Notes: generated from the letters alone by a model not told the origin. Positions 22,765 to 34,346 are shown, numbered from the stretch's first letter. The stretch is DNA of 64,000 nucleotides from an uncultured Planctomycetota bacterium (GCA_963823665.1 CAWGMQ010000003.1:256001-320000), one strand, 5' to 3'. Numbers and translations are program-made.

Positions 22765-23427
22765 TCACGACACGATCAATCCGTCCTGGATCTCGAGCAC
22801 CTGGTCGCCGGGGCGGATAAAGCGTCGGTCGTGGGTGACGACGACCAGCGTGCAGCCGCGCTTTTCCTGCTGCTCTCGCAACAGCTCGAAAATCTCGTCG
22901 CCTCCCTTGCGGTCGAGGTTACCGGTGGGCTCGTCGGCGAGGAGCAAGATCGGATCCTTGACCAGCGCGCGAGCAATTGCGACCCGCTGCTGCTGGCCGC
23001 CGGAAAGCTTGGAAGGCTTGTGGGAAAACCGATGCCCGAGCCCGACCTGGCGGAGCAAGTCTTCGGCCTTTTTGCGGCAGTCGTCCGATACGCCCAGCGG
23101 TATGAACGGAAGCAGAACGTTTCCGACGGCCGTGAGGTTATGAATCAAGTTGAACTGCTGGAAGATGAAGCCGAGCTTCTGGCGCCGGACCGTGTCCTGC
23201 TGGGTCTCGTTCATCGTAGTGAGCACATTTTCTTCGATGGCAATCGACCCCGACGTGGGAGAATCGAGGGCGGCGAGTAGATAGAGCAGCGTGCTCTTGC
23301 CGGACCCAGACGGACCGACGATAAACGTGAAAGACCCGTTGGGGACCTCGAAAGACACGCCGCGCAGGGCGTGGACCTGTTCTTCACCACTCACGTAGCA
23401 CTTCTTGAGGTCGGACACGCGGATCAT
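22765..23427 (-). CDS. ABC transporter ATP-binding protein (LolD/MacB-like)
   Basis: [38 protein letters not shown]. Confidence 0.95.
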   Translation of the reverse strand: MIRVSDLKKCYVSGEEQVHALRGVSFEVPNGSFTFIVGPSGSGKSTLLYLLAALDSPTSGSIAIEENVLTTMNETQQDTVRRQKLGFIFQQFNLIHNLTAVGNVLLPFIPLGVSDDCRKKAEDLLRQVGLGHRFSHKPSKLSGGQQQRVAIARALVKDPILLLADEPTGNLDRKGGDEIFELLREQQEKRGCTLVVVTHDRRFIRPGDQVLEIQDGLIVS

Positions 23428-23469
23428 GGGATCACTTCCGTTTCGAGGGAGAAACGTTGGCCTGGTTGC

Positions 23470-24707
23470 TCATGACGCCTCGTTGCGTATTGCGTCCATG
23501 GGCGTCATTCGCGAGGCGCGCCAGGCGGGGTAAAGGCCGGCGAGCACCGCGATCAGGATGGCCACGAGCGTGCTGGCGGCAATCAACCCCGGCGTGAGCT
23601 CGAGCTGAAGCTCGAACTGGGTCAGAAAATGGTTGAGCGCGATCACGCCCGCGAAGGCCAGAATGCTGGCCAGGATGCCGGAGAGCAGGCCGAGGAGCGC
23701 GCTCTCGATCGTGACGAGGCCCAGGACGTTCCGCCGGGTCCAGCCGTTGGCCCGCATCACGCCGAATTCGACGATTCGCTCCATGGCGCTCATCAGCATG
23801 GTGTTGGCGATTCCCACACCGCCGACCAAAAGCGCCAGCCCGACCGTCAGCGACAGGAAAAGCTCGAGCTTGCCCATGATATCGCCCACCTGGATGTTGA
23901 ACTGAGACATCGTGCGGATCTGAACGTCGTCGAGCGCACCGGTGATCCGCTCGCCCAGTTCCGATAGTTCGACCTCCGGCTTCGGCTCGACGTAGAACGC
24001 GGAGACGGTCTTCTTGTCGACGTTGAGAAGTTCCCGCGCGGTCTCGATATCCATGACCACGGTGGTATCGATCAAGAGCGAGCCGGTTTCGTACAGGCCG
24101 ATCACCTCGAATTTCTTGCCGCCGATCAAGATCGAGTCGCCGACCTTCTTGGGCGAGCCGTCCGAGTTGGGGTAGTCGTGGGCGATCTTGGTGCTGATCA
24201 GGACGTTGTGCTTACCCACGTCGTCCATCGTGAGGAAACGGCCGCCGCCTTTTTCGGGCGGAAGAAGTCCTTGCTCAAACACGCCGCTTTTCAAATCGAG
24301 GTGTTCAGGAAGCTGCTGTCCTTCGACCAGTATGGTCTCCGCGAATGAGCTGAACCGATCGTTACCCTTCTGGGTCAACATCCGCGCGGCAGCCTGGAGC
24401 TGCAAGTTGCGTCCTTCGATGGGCGGGCACATTCCCCAGACCTCGGGCGCGACAATCCGCGAACCGGGTATCTTGCGCATGTCATCGACCATGCTCGCGG
24501 GCAGATTGCTGAACACGGGGGCCGGTGAATTGGCCCGCATGACCATCAAACCGTTCATGCGCGCAGCGTGTTGCCCATCAGCGTGCGAATGCCGGTGGTC
24601 AGGCTGAACAGACCCAGGATCGCGATGATGGGAATCGTCAGGCCGAGGACCGCCAGGAACGTGCGGGTGGGGCGAGTGATCAGGTTTTGCCAGGCGAACA
24701 GGAGCAT
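23470..24707 (-). CDS. ABC transporter permease, FtsX/MacB-like (frameshift near 24560)
   Basis: MLLFAWQNLITRPTRT start at 24707; GIANTMLMSAMERIVEFGVMRANGW; YPAWRASRMTPMDAIR. Confidence 0.9.
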
Positions 24708-24815
24708 GAGACGAAGCTCTCCGGGAGCAACATATCGAGTCGTCGGGCGACCAAACGTATCCTTATAGCCGCTCGAACAGTAAGCTCATAGTGGTAAATC
24801 AAGGAGTTACGAACG

Positions 24816-25580
24816 ATGTCCTGCATCCGGCGTGCCGTCATCCATCTCGTGGTTCTGGCCGGTGCGTCGCCCGCGCTGGCCCAGAGTGTGCCGCTGGGCG
24901 CGCTCGACAACTGGATGTGGTACACCGAAAATGCGTGGAAAGACCTCGAAAAAGGGCATTACGACCGCGCCGAAGCGAAGTTTCGCCGCGCCATCAAGGA
25001 ACTCGAGCCCTATGCTCCTGCCAACCGTAAATTGATGGCAAGGACGTATTGCGACCTGGCCCGCGTGTTCTACCATCAGAAACGCTACGCCGATGCCGAG
25101 CCGCTGGCGAAGTGGGCGCTTGCGGTGCGCGACGCCGACAAGAAATCCAGCTCGGATTCGGTCTTTCTGTCGTTGTTCACACTGGCGTCGATCCAGACCG
25201 CGCAAGAGCACTACGCCGATGCCGAGCCGCACTTCAAACGTGCTCTGGCGCTTCAAGAGAAAGAGCTGACCGCCAGCCACGTCAACACATTGGTAACGCT
25301 CGAGCGGCTGGCCTTCGTGCTACGCAGCCAGGGAAAGTACAATGAGGCCGATCCGCTCTATCGGCGCGCGATTGCCGTCCACGAGCGAAAGACGCCCGAC
25401 GAGAATACTGACCTTGCCGATACGATCGATCAATACGTGATCCTGTTGCGCAAGCTTAACCGCAGCGACGAAGCCGAACGATGGCAGGCCCGCGCGCTCA
25501 AGATTCGCGACACTGCCGCAACCAAGGCGGCCCGGGCCAAGGCGGACCAGGTCTCGAAGACACTCAAGGGATTCAAGTAG
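24816..25580 (+). CDS. Secreted TPR-repeat protein
   Basis: Signal peptide; YADAEPL/YNEADPLY TPR repeats. Confidence 0.85.
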   Translation: MSCIRRAVIHLVVLAGASPALAQSVPLGALDNWMWYTENAWKDLEKGHYDRAEAKFRRAIKELEPYAPANRKLMARTYCDLARVFYHQKRYADAEPLAKWALAVRDADKKSSSDSVFLSLFTLASIQTAQEHYADAEPHFKRALALQEKELTASHVNTLVTLERLAFVLRSQGKYNEADPLYRRAIAVHERKTPDENTDLADTIDQYVILLRKLNRSDEAERWQARALKIRDTAATKAARAKADQVSKTLKGFK

Positions 25581-25611
25581 CTTTCGTGGGATAACCCTTC
25601 GTGGAGCAACG

Positions 25612-26703
25612 ATGACGACCGATGCCGGCGCGATGCGCCCGCGCACTCGCAAGCGTACGTGGGTTTTGCTCTCGCTGGGAGCCGTGGTTCTGATCGCGCT
25701 GGTCTGGAGCGCAATCGCCGGCCTTGGATCGGGTGGAGGACCTTTACCGGAACCGCCGCCGATCCCGGTTCCGAATGGCTACGACGACGTGCTGGAGGCC
25801 GGGCGCGCGATCGAAAAATCGGGACTGGTCGGGTCGAAGCTCGACCTCGCCAAAGCCGACGCGAAAGAGCTTGGGCCGATCGTGCAAGGATCTGGCGAAC
25901 CGATCGCACAGGCTCGCAAAGGCCTCGAGAAGTCGTTCCAGGTTCCGGTGATTTATGAAATGAACGCGATGATGGACGTGACGATGCGCGACCTGGGCTC
26001 GATTCGAGGGGGACTGGTCCGCGCGATGGTCGCCCAGGGCCGGCTCGCCGAACTGGAAGGACGCATCGACCTAGCGGCGGGTCGTTACAGCGACCTCATT
26101 CGCCTGAGCGAGGTCATGAGTCATCGCGTGCCCATGATGGCTTTTCAGATCAGCGAGGCCATAGAAATGCAAGGGCTTTACCATTTGCGCGACATGCGCG
26201 ACAAGCTCTCCCCCGAACAGTGCCGGAAGCTGATCGCTCTTCTGCTCGAGGTCGATCGCAAACAGGAGCCCGCCGCGCAATCGATCCTGTACGAAAACAT
26301 GTTCATCAACGCGAACATGAAGCAGATGGGATTCTTTCCCTCAATCATGATCAAGGTTTCTGGCGTACAGGCAAAGACACAGGCCCAGGTCACGCAGACG
26401 CTGGAATCGTCGGAGAAGCGCCACGCCGCGGCTCGCCGGGTGCTCTTGACCGATCTGGCCGTGCGGATCTATCGCGCCGAGCACGGTGAGGCCCCGCCTG
26501 ATTTGAATGCGCTGGTCCCATCGATTTTGAAATCGGTACCTGTGGATCCGTACACGGGTAAACCGCTGCGCTATGTGAAACGCGGGAAAGACGGCGTCGT
26601 CTATAGCGTGGGCCCCGACCGAAAGGACGACATCCTCGCCACGCCGCTCGGCAAGCGCCATGTTGACTCCACCGCCGGTGATTTCACGATCGATTCGTTT
26701 TAG
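25612..26703 (+). CDS. Membrane-anchored hypothetical protein with GspG-like C-terminal motif
   Basis: N-terminal TM; C-terminal PPDLNALVP..PVDPYTGKPLRY..YSVGPDRKDD. Confidence 0.7.
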   Translation: MTTDAGAMRPRTRKRTWVLLSLGAVVLIALVWSAIAGLGSGGGPLPEPPPIPVPNGYDDVLEAGRAIEKSGLVGSKLDLAKADAKELGPIVQGSGEPIAQARKGLEKSFQVPVIYEMNAMMDVTMRDLGSIRGGLVRAMVAQGRLAELEGRIDLAAGRYSDLIRLSEVMSHRVPMMAFQISEAIEMQGLYHLRDMRDKLSPEQCRKLIALLLEVDRKQEPAAQSILYENMFINANMKQMGFFPSIMIKVSGVQAKTQAQVTQTLESSEKRHAAARRVLLTDLAVRIYRAEHGEAPPDLNALVPSILKSVPVDPYTGKPLRYVKRGKDGVVYSVGPDRKDDILATPLGKRHVDSTAGDFTIDSF

Positions 26704-26810
26704 TAGGTCAGGCTTTAGCCTGACGATTCTTTGCGGTACGTCTGCCTTGCGGCGCAACATCCGCCAAAAGACCAGCGCTAAAAAATGCGTCGGGCTGCAG
26801 CCCGACCTAC
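26703..26810. repeat. Inverted GTAG-family REP doublet
   Basis: GTAGGTCAGGCTTTAGCCTGAC (26703-26724) and GTCGGGCTGCAGCCCGACCTAC (26789-26810). Confidence 0.8.
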
Positions 26811-26975
26811 GAGTTTTCGACGGTGCTTTCCGAAGGCGGCAGGGCTGACCGACGTCAATCACAGCAGTCGCGTCACGCGGCGGGCAATCGGCAATCGAGC
26901 CCGAACATGACGGTGGATGACGCATTGGGAAAAACTCATGCGGCGCATTAGATCGATCTCCAGGAGGAGGGTTCT

Positions 26976-27854
26976 TTGCGGCAAGTTGTCGTCATGCTGA
27001 TGATTGGCTGGACTGCGTTCTGCGGATGGGCACGTGATCCTGATCCAAAGATCCGTGCCCAACTGCTCGAATATGCCGCGTGGACAACGCGGGAATATCG
27101 GTCCTGGCGAACCTTTGGTCCCCGAACGGATGAGGTGATCCCGGCAATCGCCTCCGCGCTCGCCGACTCGGACGATTCGAGCGCGGCCGAGATCGCCTTG
27201 ATCGAACTGGGCATGCGGTCGATGCCCGTCGTGTTGCCGTTGCTAGCTGACCAGAATTCCGCAATCAGCGAAGGCGCCGAGTCGGTTCTCTCGCATCTCG
27301 CCGTTGATGACGAAACGGTGCCGGGCGAGACCGTTGCGCAGGCGGCTGATCGGATTCGCGAAGTTCGCTCTGCGCTCGTCGCCACACTCAAAGCTCCGAG
27401 CAAGCGTGCCCGCTACCACGCGGCATAAGCCCTTCTGTATGCCGGCGAGCCGCATGTCTCGAGTCTCGCTCTCGGACTCGAAGACCCGGCTCCGCTTCTC
27501 CGCCTGCATGCGGCATACGCGATCGATGAGGTCGAGCCCGCCAAAGCGCGCGTCGCCCTCGACGCGCTGCAAAAGTGCTTGCGAGACCCTTCCGCCGATG
27601 TGCGCACCGCCGCGGCAGCCGCGATCAAGAAGATTCGAGATCGCGCGCTTCTCCGTCGATGCGTGAAGCGGCCGCCAGGCGGGGGCGGGTCGGGATTGGG
27701 GCCTCGACGGGACAACAGGCGGGGGCGGGATCTGTCGGCTGGACGCAGCGGGCCGGATCCTGGTCGGGACTGGGGCCTCGACGGGACAACAGGCGGGGGC
27801 ACTGTTTCGAGGCTTGTCATGTTTGGGACAATGGCGGATTTGAACAGGAGGTAA
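26976..27854 (+). pseudogene. HEAT-repeat protein interrupted by in-frame TAA at 27426-27428
   Basis: AGGAGGAGG RBS; HEAT-like units continue in frame after the stop (LGLEDPAPLLRLHAAYAI, LRDPSADVRTAAAAAI). Confidence 0.65.
27688..27800 (+). repeat. Two 39-bp direct repeats with a 35-bp spacer
   Basis: GGTCGGGAYTGGGGCCTCGACGGGACAACAGGCGGGGGC at 27688 and 27762 (1 mismatch); partial third copy CAGGCGGGGGC at 27676. Confidence 0.85.
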
Positions 27855-27969
27855 AAAAGGTAACGAGGAGGAGGCGTCAAGAGTAAGGACCAGGCGGACA
27901 CGGTGTGAATGGTGGCAACTGTCGTTTATCGCGCCGGGCATTCGGCGAGGGGCCCTAAACCCGTGGATG

Positions 27970-29199
27970 TCAGGGCTTCGTGTCGTCGAAGCCCACGGTG
28001 ATCGGGACGAGTTTCCTGTCGGGGACGCCTACCAGGTAGAAGATGAATCGAATGCCGGTGTTGGCGAACGCTCGGAGCTCTTCGGCGTGTTCTTCTTCGA
28101 ACGAGGTGGAATCCCAGGAGTCGCAGAAGGGGACGACGGTTTGGGTGGCGCCTCGGGATTCAATCAGCCGGGCCTTGATCTGGCGCATGAGCTTGGTGAA
28201 GGAACGGGGCGAGTTCCCGGACCAGCCTTTTGTCGCCGCGAGCAGGATTGGTCGCGCGGCGTCTTCGAGGTAGCCGGGGATGACCATGACGTCTTGTGAG
28301 GCGAGGAGGGAGTCTTCGCCGCCGATCAGGTCTGGGGAGGAGAGGTCTTCGATGATGGCGTCGTAGCCTAGCTCGGAGATTGCGGCTTTTAAGCGGTCTA
28401 GCAGCTTGGCCAGGGAGTCGGACGGCTGGGTTTCGAGCTGGGGAAAGCCAACCATCGGTTGCCGCGCGAGCGACATGGGTTTGCTCCTCCACGAAAGGCT
28501 CAAAAGGGCCGAGGCTTCGGGTCTCGAATCGGTCAGCCAGGATACGCAGAGCGTGGAATGTACGTAATGGCGAAGGTGCACGAGGATCTGATCCTGCATG
28601 CGTCTTGGTAGCTCGTGCCATTGGTCGAGCAGACGTTCATTCTGCTCGAGGACGACGGATCGGGACATGCCAAAATCGCCGGAGCCAGGGACGCTACGCT
28701 TGTAGAGCTTCTCTTTGACGGCGAGCGGGAGCTCGATTCGGGCGGCGCGGCTTAGCAGGTTTGCTCGCTCGTGATTTCTTGCGACGTGGGTATAAGTCGC
28801 GGCGACGTCGTGCTCGCGGTGCTTTCCGCGCGCCTTCCGCATCGGTTCTGAATCGGTCCAGGACCTGGCGATGAATTCGTCGAGCGTTTGGTCTCGAGTC
28901 AGTGTGAAAACGAGTAGGTTGCAGTTCGCGATCAGTTGCGACCAAGTCTTGGGAAAGGACTCGAGTTCTTGACCAAAGTAGCGGCAGAATCGCTCGAGCA
29001 GGCCGGCCCAGTTGCTCCAGGTGAGCAGGAAGAGCTCGGCGAGGAACCAGTGTTCGATGGTGGCGTCGGAGTCCAGCGTTCGCCGGGCCCGAACCTCGGC
29101 GCTCCATTCAAGGCGCGCGAAGGATGAATCTCGCAGGTCGTCGTGAAGACGGCGCAAGGTAGTCTGCCGCGATTTCAGCTCATTTCTGAGGTTGGCCAT
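27970..29199 (-). CDS. Hypothetical protein (409 aa)
   Basis: Intact long ORF with AGGA RBS; helical N-terminus, alpha/beta C-terminal region; no family recognised. Confidence 0.75.
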   Translation of the reverse strand: MANLRNELKSRQTTLRRLHDDLRDSSFARLEWSAEVRARRTLDSDATIEHWFLAELFLLTWSNWAGLLERFCRYFGQELESFPKTWSQLIANCNLLVFTLTRDQTLDEFIARSWTDSEPMRKARGKHREHDVAATYTHVARNHERANLLSRAARIELPLAVKEKLYKRSVPGSGDFGMSRSVVLEQNERLLDQWHELPRRMQDQILVHLRHYVHSTLCVSWLTDSRPEASALLSLSWRSKPMSLARQPMVGFPQLETQPSDSLAKLLDRLKAAISELGYDAIIEDLSSPDLIGGEDSLLASQDVMVIPGYLEDAARPILLAATKGWSGNSPRSFTKLMRQIKARLIESRGATQTVVPFCDSWDSTSFEEEHAEELRAFANTGIRFIFYLVGVPDRKLVPITVGFDDTKP

Positions 29200-29308
29200 C
29201 GCGGATCATCCTGAGGTTAATGATGAGACGGCCCTTTTCCTTGATGCGGAGGTCGTCTAGATATCGGAGCCGTCGCTGAGCCACCGACACGCCGCGGCCG
29301 GGGATGTT

Positions 29309-29443
29309 AGACATCCACCTTTCGCCGAGCGACGGGTACTGGCATTTTGGGTGTTCGAAACGACCCGAGGCCGTGGTTTTTTGCCGAACGTGCGGGCCAC
29401 GGATGAGTGGATGCGGAGGACCGTGACAATAGGATGGGTGTCT
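29309..29443. mobile_element. Candidate non-autonomous mini-element (135 bp) with short inverted ends
   Basis: AGACATCCACCT (29309-29320) vs AGGATGGGTGTCT (29431-29443); ends resemble those around the RAYT gene. Confidence 0.35.
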
Positions 29444-29452
29444 GGAATACTT

Positions 29453-32400
29453 CTAACCGCTGCCATTCGCCCTGGTCAGGAGCTGATCGACGTCGTTCCA
29501 GAGCCGTTTGAACGCGGCGCGCTCGTCTTCGGGCAGCTTGGCCAGTTCCTTTTCATCGCGGATGCCGGCGAGGTCGGTGTCTTCCTTCCAGTGCTGAAGG
29601 GTCGACGCGACCTTCGCCTTCATGTCTGCCGCGCCGGAATCGAGGATGTTGGCCCAGGTGGCAAGCTCGGCCCGGAGCCATTCACGAGCCTGGCGGCGGA
29701 GCTTGGCCTTGGCGGCGTCATCGGGAGGCGGGTCGTCCTTGCCGTGACCCGCGCCCGCCAGCGCGGCGGCGCAGGCGGCGTTGTAGCGGTGCTGGGCCTG
29801 GCGATCGTCGGCAAGGCTCGGCTCAGCCGCGAGCGCCTCGGTCCAGAGCCGGGCGGCGGCGGCATGCAGCAATTTGTCGTAGGCGCGCTGGGCCAGTTGG
29901 AGACGCTCGCTGTTGTCCCTGGGAGTCTGATCGCCCTTGAGGATCCCGGCCAATCGCGCATCCATGGCCGCCATCGCCGGGTCGGAGGCGCGGAACTTGG
30001 CGAGTTCTTGCTCAGCCTCGGCCGCGCCTTTGGCGTCGTTCAGCCCTCGGCAAGCTTTGATGAGATTGCTGAGCTGAGCGTCCATAGGCCGCCGGAAGCC
30101 CGTGGTCGCGGGATAAACCGCGAGAGCCTTGCGCTGCGATTCGATGGCCTGCCGGAGAAGGTCGCGGGCCTGCTCAAACCGTTTTGCATCCAGTTCGATC
30201 ATCGCGAGATTGTTCAATATCCCGCCTAAGTTGCTCTGCCAAACGGGCGACTCGGGATGGTCCCGCGCTATCTTCTGCCGGATCAGCAGCGCCGACTCGT
30301 ACGATTTCAGCGCCTCGGCTGGCTTGCCGATCGCGCAGGCAGAGGCCGATGCTGTTGTGGCTGCGCCAGCTCCTCCTGGTACCAGGTGACGGAGGGGTTG
30401 TCGTCGGCCAGCTTCTGTCGGACTTTCCGCGCCGACTCGAGCGACTTCAGCGCCTCGGCCGGCTTGTCGCTCTCGTGCAGCATGATGCCGATGTTGTCCT
30501 GGGTGCGCGCCAGGCCAGCGACGAACTCGGTGACGGAGGGATTGTCGTCGGCCAGCTTCTGATAGAACTCGCGCGCCGACTCGAGCGACTTCAGCGCCTC
30601 GGCCGGCTTGCCGGCGTCGTGGTGCACGTAGGCGATGCTGTTGTGGGTGTTCGCCAACTGGTTCTGGAACCTGGTGACGGCGGGATTGTCGTCGGCCAGC
30701 TTCTGGAAGAGCGCCGCGCCCGCTCGTACGATTTCAGCGCCTCGGCTCGCTTGCTGGTCACGCCCAGCACGAAGCCGATGTTGCCGTAGCTCGCTGCCAG
30801 TTCGCCCTGAAACAGCCTGACTGTGGGGTTATCGTCGGCCAGCTTCTGTCGGACTTTCCGCGCCGACTCAAGCGATTTCAGGGCCTCGGCCAGCTTGCCG
30901 CTAGAGTACAGCAGCATGCCTATACTACTGTGGCTATTCGCCAGGTCGCTCTGGACCTGAGTGTCGGTGGGGTTGTCGTTGGCCAGCTTCCGCTGGATCG
31001 CAAGCGCCGACTCGGCCGCTTCCAGGGCCTCGGCCGGCTTGCCGGTCTGCTGCAGAAGCGTGGCGATGTTGTAGCGGCTGACGGCCAGGTCGCGCTGAAA
31101 CTTGATGACGTTGGGATTGTCGTCGGCCAGTTTCTGCCGGATCGTCTGCGATTCCTGGAAGGCCGCCAGGGCGTCTTGCTTGTCGCCGATCTCATCGGTG
31201 AGAGAGCCCAGGTCAAAGCTCGCTGATGCCAGCCGGGCAAGCGATTCCGGAGTCGTCGCCTTGTCCGCCTGGAGGCGATCGCGCAGCGCGCGGAAGAACG
31301 CCAGCGGCTCCTTCAGCAGGCGCTTGCGAAGGGCTTCCAGTGCTGGATTCTTCTTCAACTCCGGCTCGTTGGCCACTACGTCGCCGAACTGCTTCACCGC
31401 CGCGATCGCCTGCGCCTCGCGATCCTCGGCGCGGCGGCGCTGGGCGTCCAGGGCCGCATTGGCCCGGATCAGCTCGCTGTTTTTGCGACCGATCTCGCTG
31501 GCATGTGCCGACCGTTCCGACGCGAAAACGGCGAACGAGGCCACGGCTACCAAAAGCACCGCCGCGGCACTGGTGACCAAGGTACGATGTTTGCGGCCCC
31601 ACCGCGTCAACCGCACCGTGAGCGGGTCGCGATACACCGACACGGGCTCGTCGATCAGCCAGCGCCGCACCTCATCGGCCAATGCCGATGCGCTGGCGTA
31701 CCGGTCGTGGCGATTGAGTGACAGGGCTTTGGCGCAGATGGCATCGAGTGCGGCTGGGACGGTCAGGTCCACCTCGCGAGCACGGGGAATGCGGCCCGCT
31801 GAGACGTTTTGATAGATCTCTTCGAGCGTCGTACCTTGCGCGGGAGGACGATTGGCGAGGATCTCGTAGAGGATCGCACCGAGGCCATAGAGATCCGTGC
31901 GAGTGTCGATCTGATCGTCGTTCATCGCGACCTGCTCGGGGGCCATGTAAACCGGCGTGCCCACGCGGCCATGCGTCTTGTCGCTTTGGGCGCCATCGGT
32001 GACTTCGATCGGGTCGGCATCGACCGTCGAATGCGGGCGGAGCGATTCCGTGAGGAGCTTCGCCAGTCCCCAGTCGAGGACGATCGCCTCGCCGTGATCC
32101 CCCAGTACGACGTTTTCGGGCTTCAAATCGCGGTGGATCACGTTTCGTGAATGGGCGTAGCCGATTGCCTCACAGATCTTCAGAAACGGCTCTAGTAGCC
32201 GGCGCTGCCAGTCCAGCCGGGAGGCGGGCTTGCCGGCGCGGTCGCGATGAAACTCGGCAATCTCCTGGCCCAGCGTCCGCCCTTCGACAAATCGCATGGT
32301 GTAGAACGGATGGTCGTCCTCCTTGCGGCGGGCGAGCTCATACACGGGAACGATGTTGGGATGTTCCAGTTGCCCGGTGACCTGCGCTTCTTTCAAGAAC

Positions 32401-32921
32401 CGGCGGAGGGTGCGGACGTCGGCGGTCCGATCGATGCGGACTTCCTTCAGGGCGACCTTGCGGTTGAGGTCGGTATCGTGCGCCAGCCAGACCCGACCTA
32501 GCCCCCCTTCGCCATGGACGCGACTGAGCGTGTAGCGGATCGACGTGTGCTGCGAAGCCCTGTCGGGGATCAAGGTGGCCAGCACATGTCCGGTGGCCGG
32601 CGCCAGCTCGTCAACGGATTGGCGGACCACCGGCTCGTTGATCGTTCGGAGGATCTCGCGCACGGAAGAATCGGCCGCGGCGGCGAGCGAGGCGTGGGCG
32701 TCTCCGCGGTGCTTCTTGAGCTTGCGCTGGAGATTGTGGGTGATTTCCTGGCGGTCATCCGGCGAGATCCAGCCGCGATCCAGAAGGAGCTCGTCCATTG
32801 GCCGTTCCATGGTCAACGCCCAGACGGCGCAGGCCTCGGCGAACTGTTCCTGTTCGAGGATGTCAAGCTGCAGCGCGATGACGGCAAAGAGCAGGTTGCG
32901 GTCGGTTATGGATGGGGCCAT
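29453..32921 (-). CDS. Ser/Thr protein kinase with 48-aa TPR-like tandem repeats (frameshifts near 30720 and 30350)
   Basis: GEGGLGRV, HRDLKPEN, DWGLAK, GTPVYMAPEQ; KLADDNP repeats; C-terminal HRYNAACAAALA..QAREWLRAEL; ORFs 30591..33218, 30307..30657, 29453..30217. Confidence 0.9.
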
Positions 32922-33311
32922 GGCGGGGCCTTCTCGGTGAAAGATCCGAACGTCTGTGAGTGCGAAATCCGTAAAGGTGTGTGATCTTCGGTAGCGTCTC
33001 ATTTTGGCAGATCCGCCTCGATCGCGGAACAGGCCGGGACCGCGAGCGCTCGAGGACAAGGACGAGGACAAGGACAGGCGTCGCGAATCAAGCTTGGAGT
33101 TGGTAGGTTCGGTCAGCGGCACGAAGGCCACGAGGCCCACATCGGGGAGAACGCCCCCCGCGCGGCCTGCACTCCTGCGGGCCGCCACGGGGGAACGGTT
33201 CAATGCGCATTCACGCACGTGGAAGAGTGTGATCGACGAACGGGGGTGTGAACAGCGCGCGTACGGCTGGCGACGTGTGGCGCACGGCTGAGCCGGGATT
33301 CGTCGATTCGA

Positions 33312-34346
33312 TTATCGGGCGGGGCAGCCGGCGAGGTTAGCGAGGTGGTGGACGCCCAGGTGGGCGGCGACTTCTCGCAGGCGCGCGCGGCTGGCGGCGA
33401 AGAAGCGGCCTAGCAGCTTGCCGTTGCTCAGCTTTTCGAGGCGGGCCCACCAGTTTTCGGCGTTTGAGCCGATTCGTTCGAGGATTCCTGATAGCTCGGC
33501 CGAGATGGCGGTCTTGCCGTCGCGGAAGAGGCGGCCGGTGTGTTCGACAAGGAGCAGATAGTTTCCCAGTGAGAAGTCTTCGAGCATTCCTTCACGTGAT
33601 GAATCCAGCTTGCGGCGATCTTCGACGGGGCAGAGCCAGATGGATTCTTCGAGAGCGGCGGCGGCGTTTGATCCGGCGATTCCGCCGGATTTTGCGGGGG
33701 TCAGGTCGGGAATTCGGCCTTGGTCCTTGACGTGTTCGATTCGCGTGGTGATCGACGTATGGGGGCTTAGTTCGGGGACTTCCACGATTCCTGCCGCGAC
33801 GGGATTCAAGTCGATGTAAGCGCAGGTGGCCAGGAGCGATTCTTCGTCGAGGATCGCGACGCTTTTGAATCGTCCTTCGAAGAATGCGCCGCGGGCGTTG
33901 TCTTGGCGGTTGGCCAGGCGAGAGAGTGGTTCTTTCAGGCATTTCATGAACCAGCTCAGGCTTTGCAGTCGCTCGCGGGCTATGGCGATCCAGTTGGCAT
34001 CTTGCAAGCGCCACTCGACCCAGGCCTTGGTGACCGGGAGGGGCTGGCGGGACTTGTCGCGTGGTGGGAAGAGCCTTCCCCAGCGCCGGACGACGTCTTC
34101 GTCTGACCAGTTTTTGGCCAGGTCGGCGTCGAGGCGCACGAGGACGTGAAGATGGTTGTCCATGACGGAAAATCCGCCTACGGATATCGCGAAAATACCC
34201 GCAAGTTCTTGCAGCCGTTGATCGATCCATTGTTTGCGGTCGAGCGGGCCTTCACTGAGCAGGAACGCCCGTCGCACGCAGCGGGTGACGCAGTGATACC
34301 AGCGAGTTACGGCGGGATCGACGAGATGTGCACGGGGCATTGTCAT
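33312..34346 (-). CDS. HUH/Y1 tyrosine transposase, REP-associated (RAYT/TnpA-REP-like)
   Basis: YHCVTRCVRRAFL, VMDNHLHVLV (HUH), SLSWFMKCLKE, GAFFEGRFKS, YIDLNPVAAG (catalytic Tyr). Confidence 0.92.
   Translation of the reverse strand: MTMPRAHLVDPAVTRWYHCVTRCVRRAFLLSEGPLDRKQWIDQRLQELAGIFAISVGGFSVMDNHLHVLVRLDADLAKNWSDEDVVRRWGRLFPPRDKSRQPLPVTKAWVEWRLQDANWIAIARERLQSLSWFMKCLKEPLSRLANRQDNARGAFFEGRFKSVAILDEESLLATCAYIDLNPVAAGIVEVPELSPHTSITTRIEHVKDQGRIPDLTPAKSGGIAGSNAAAALEESIWLCPVEDRRKLDSSREGMLEDFSLGNYLLLVEHTGRLFRDGKTAISAELSGILERIGSNAENWWARLEKLSNGKLLGRFFAASRARLREVAAHLGVHHLANLAGCPAR

Noticed and set aside
27688..27800. CRISPR array
   Set aside because: Only two repeats, no palindrome or typical terminal motif, a self-folding spacer and no cas genes in the window.
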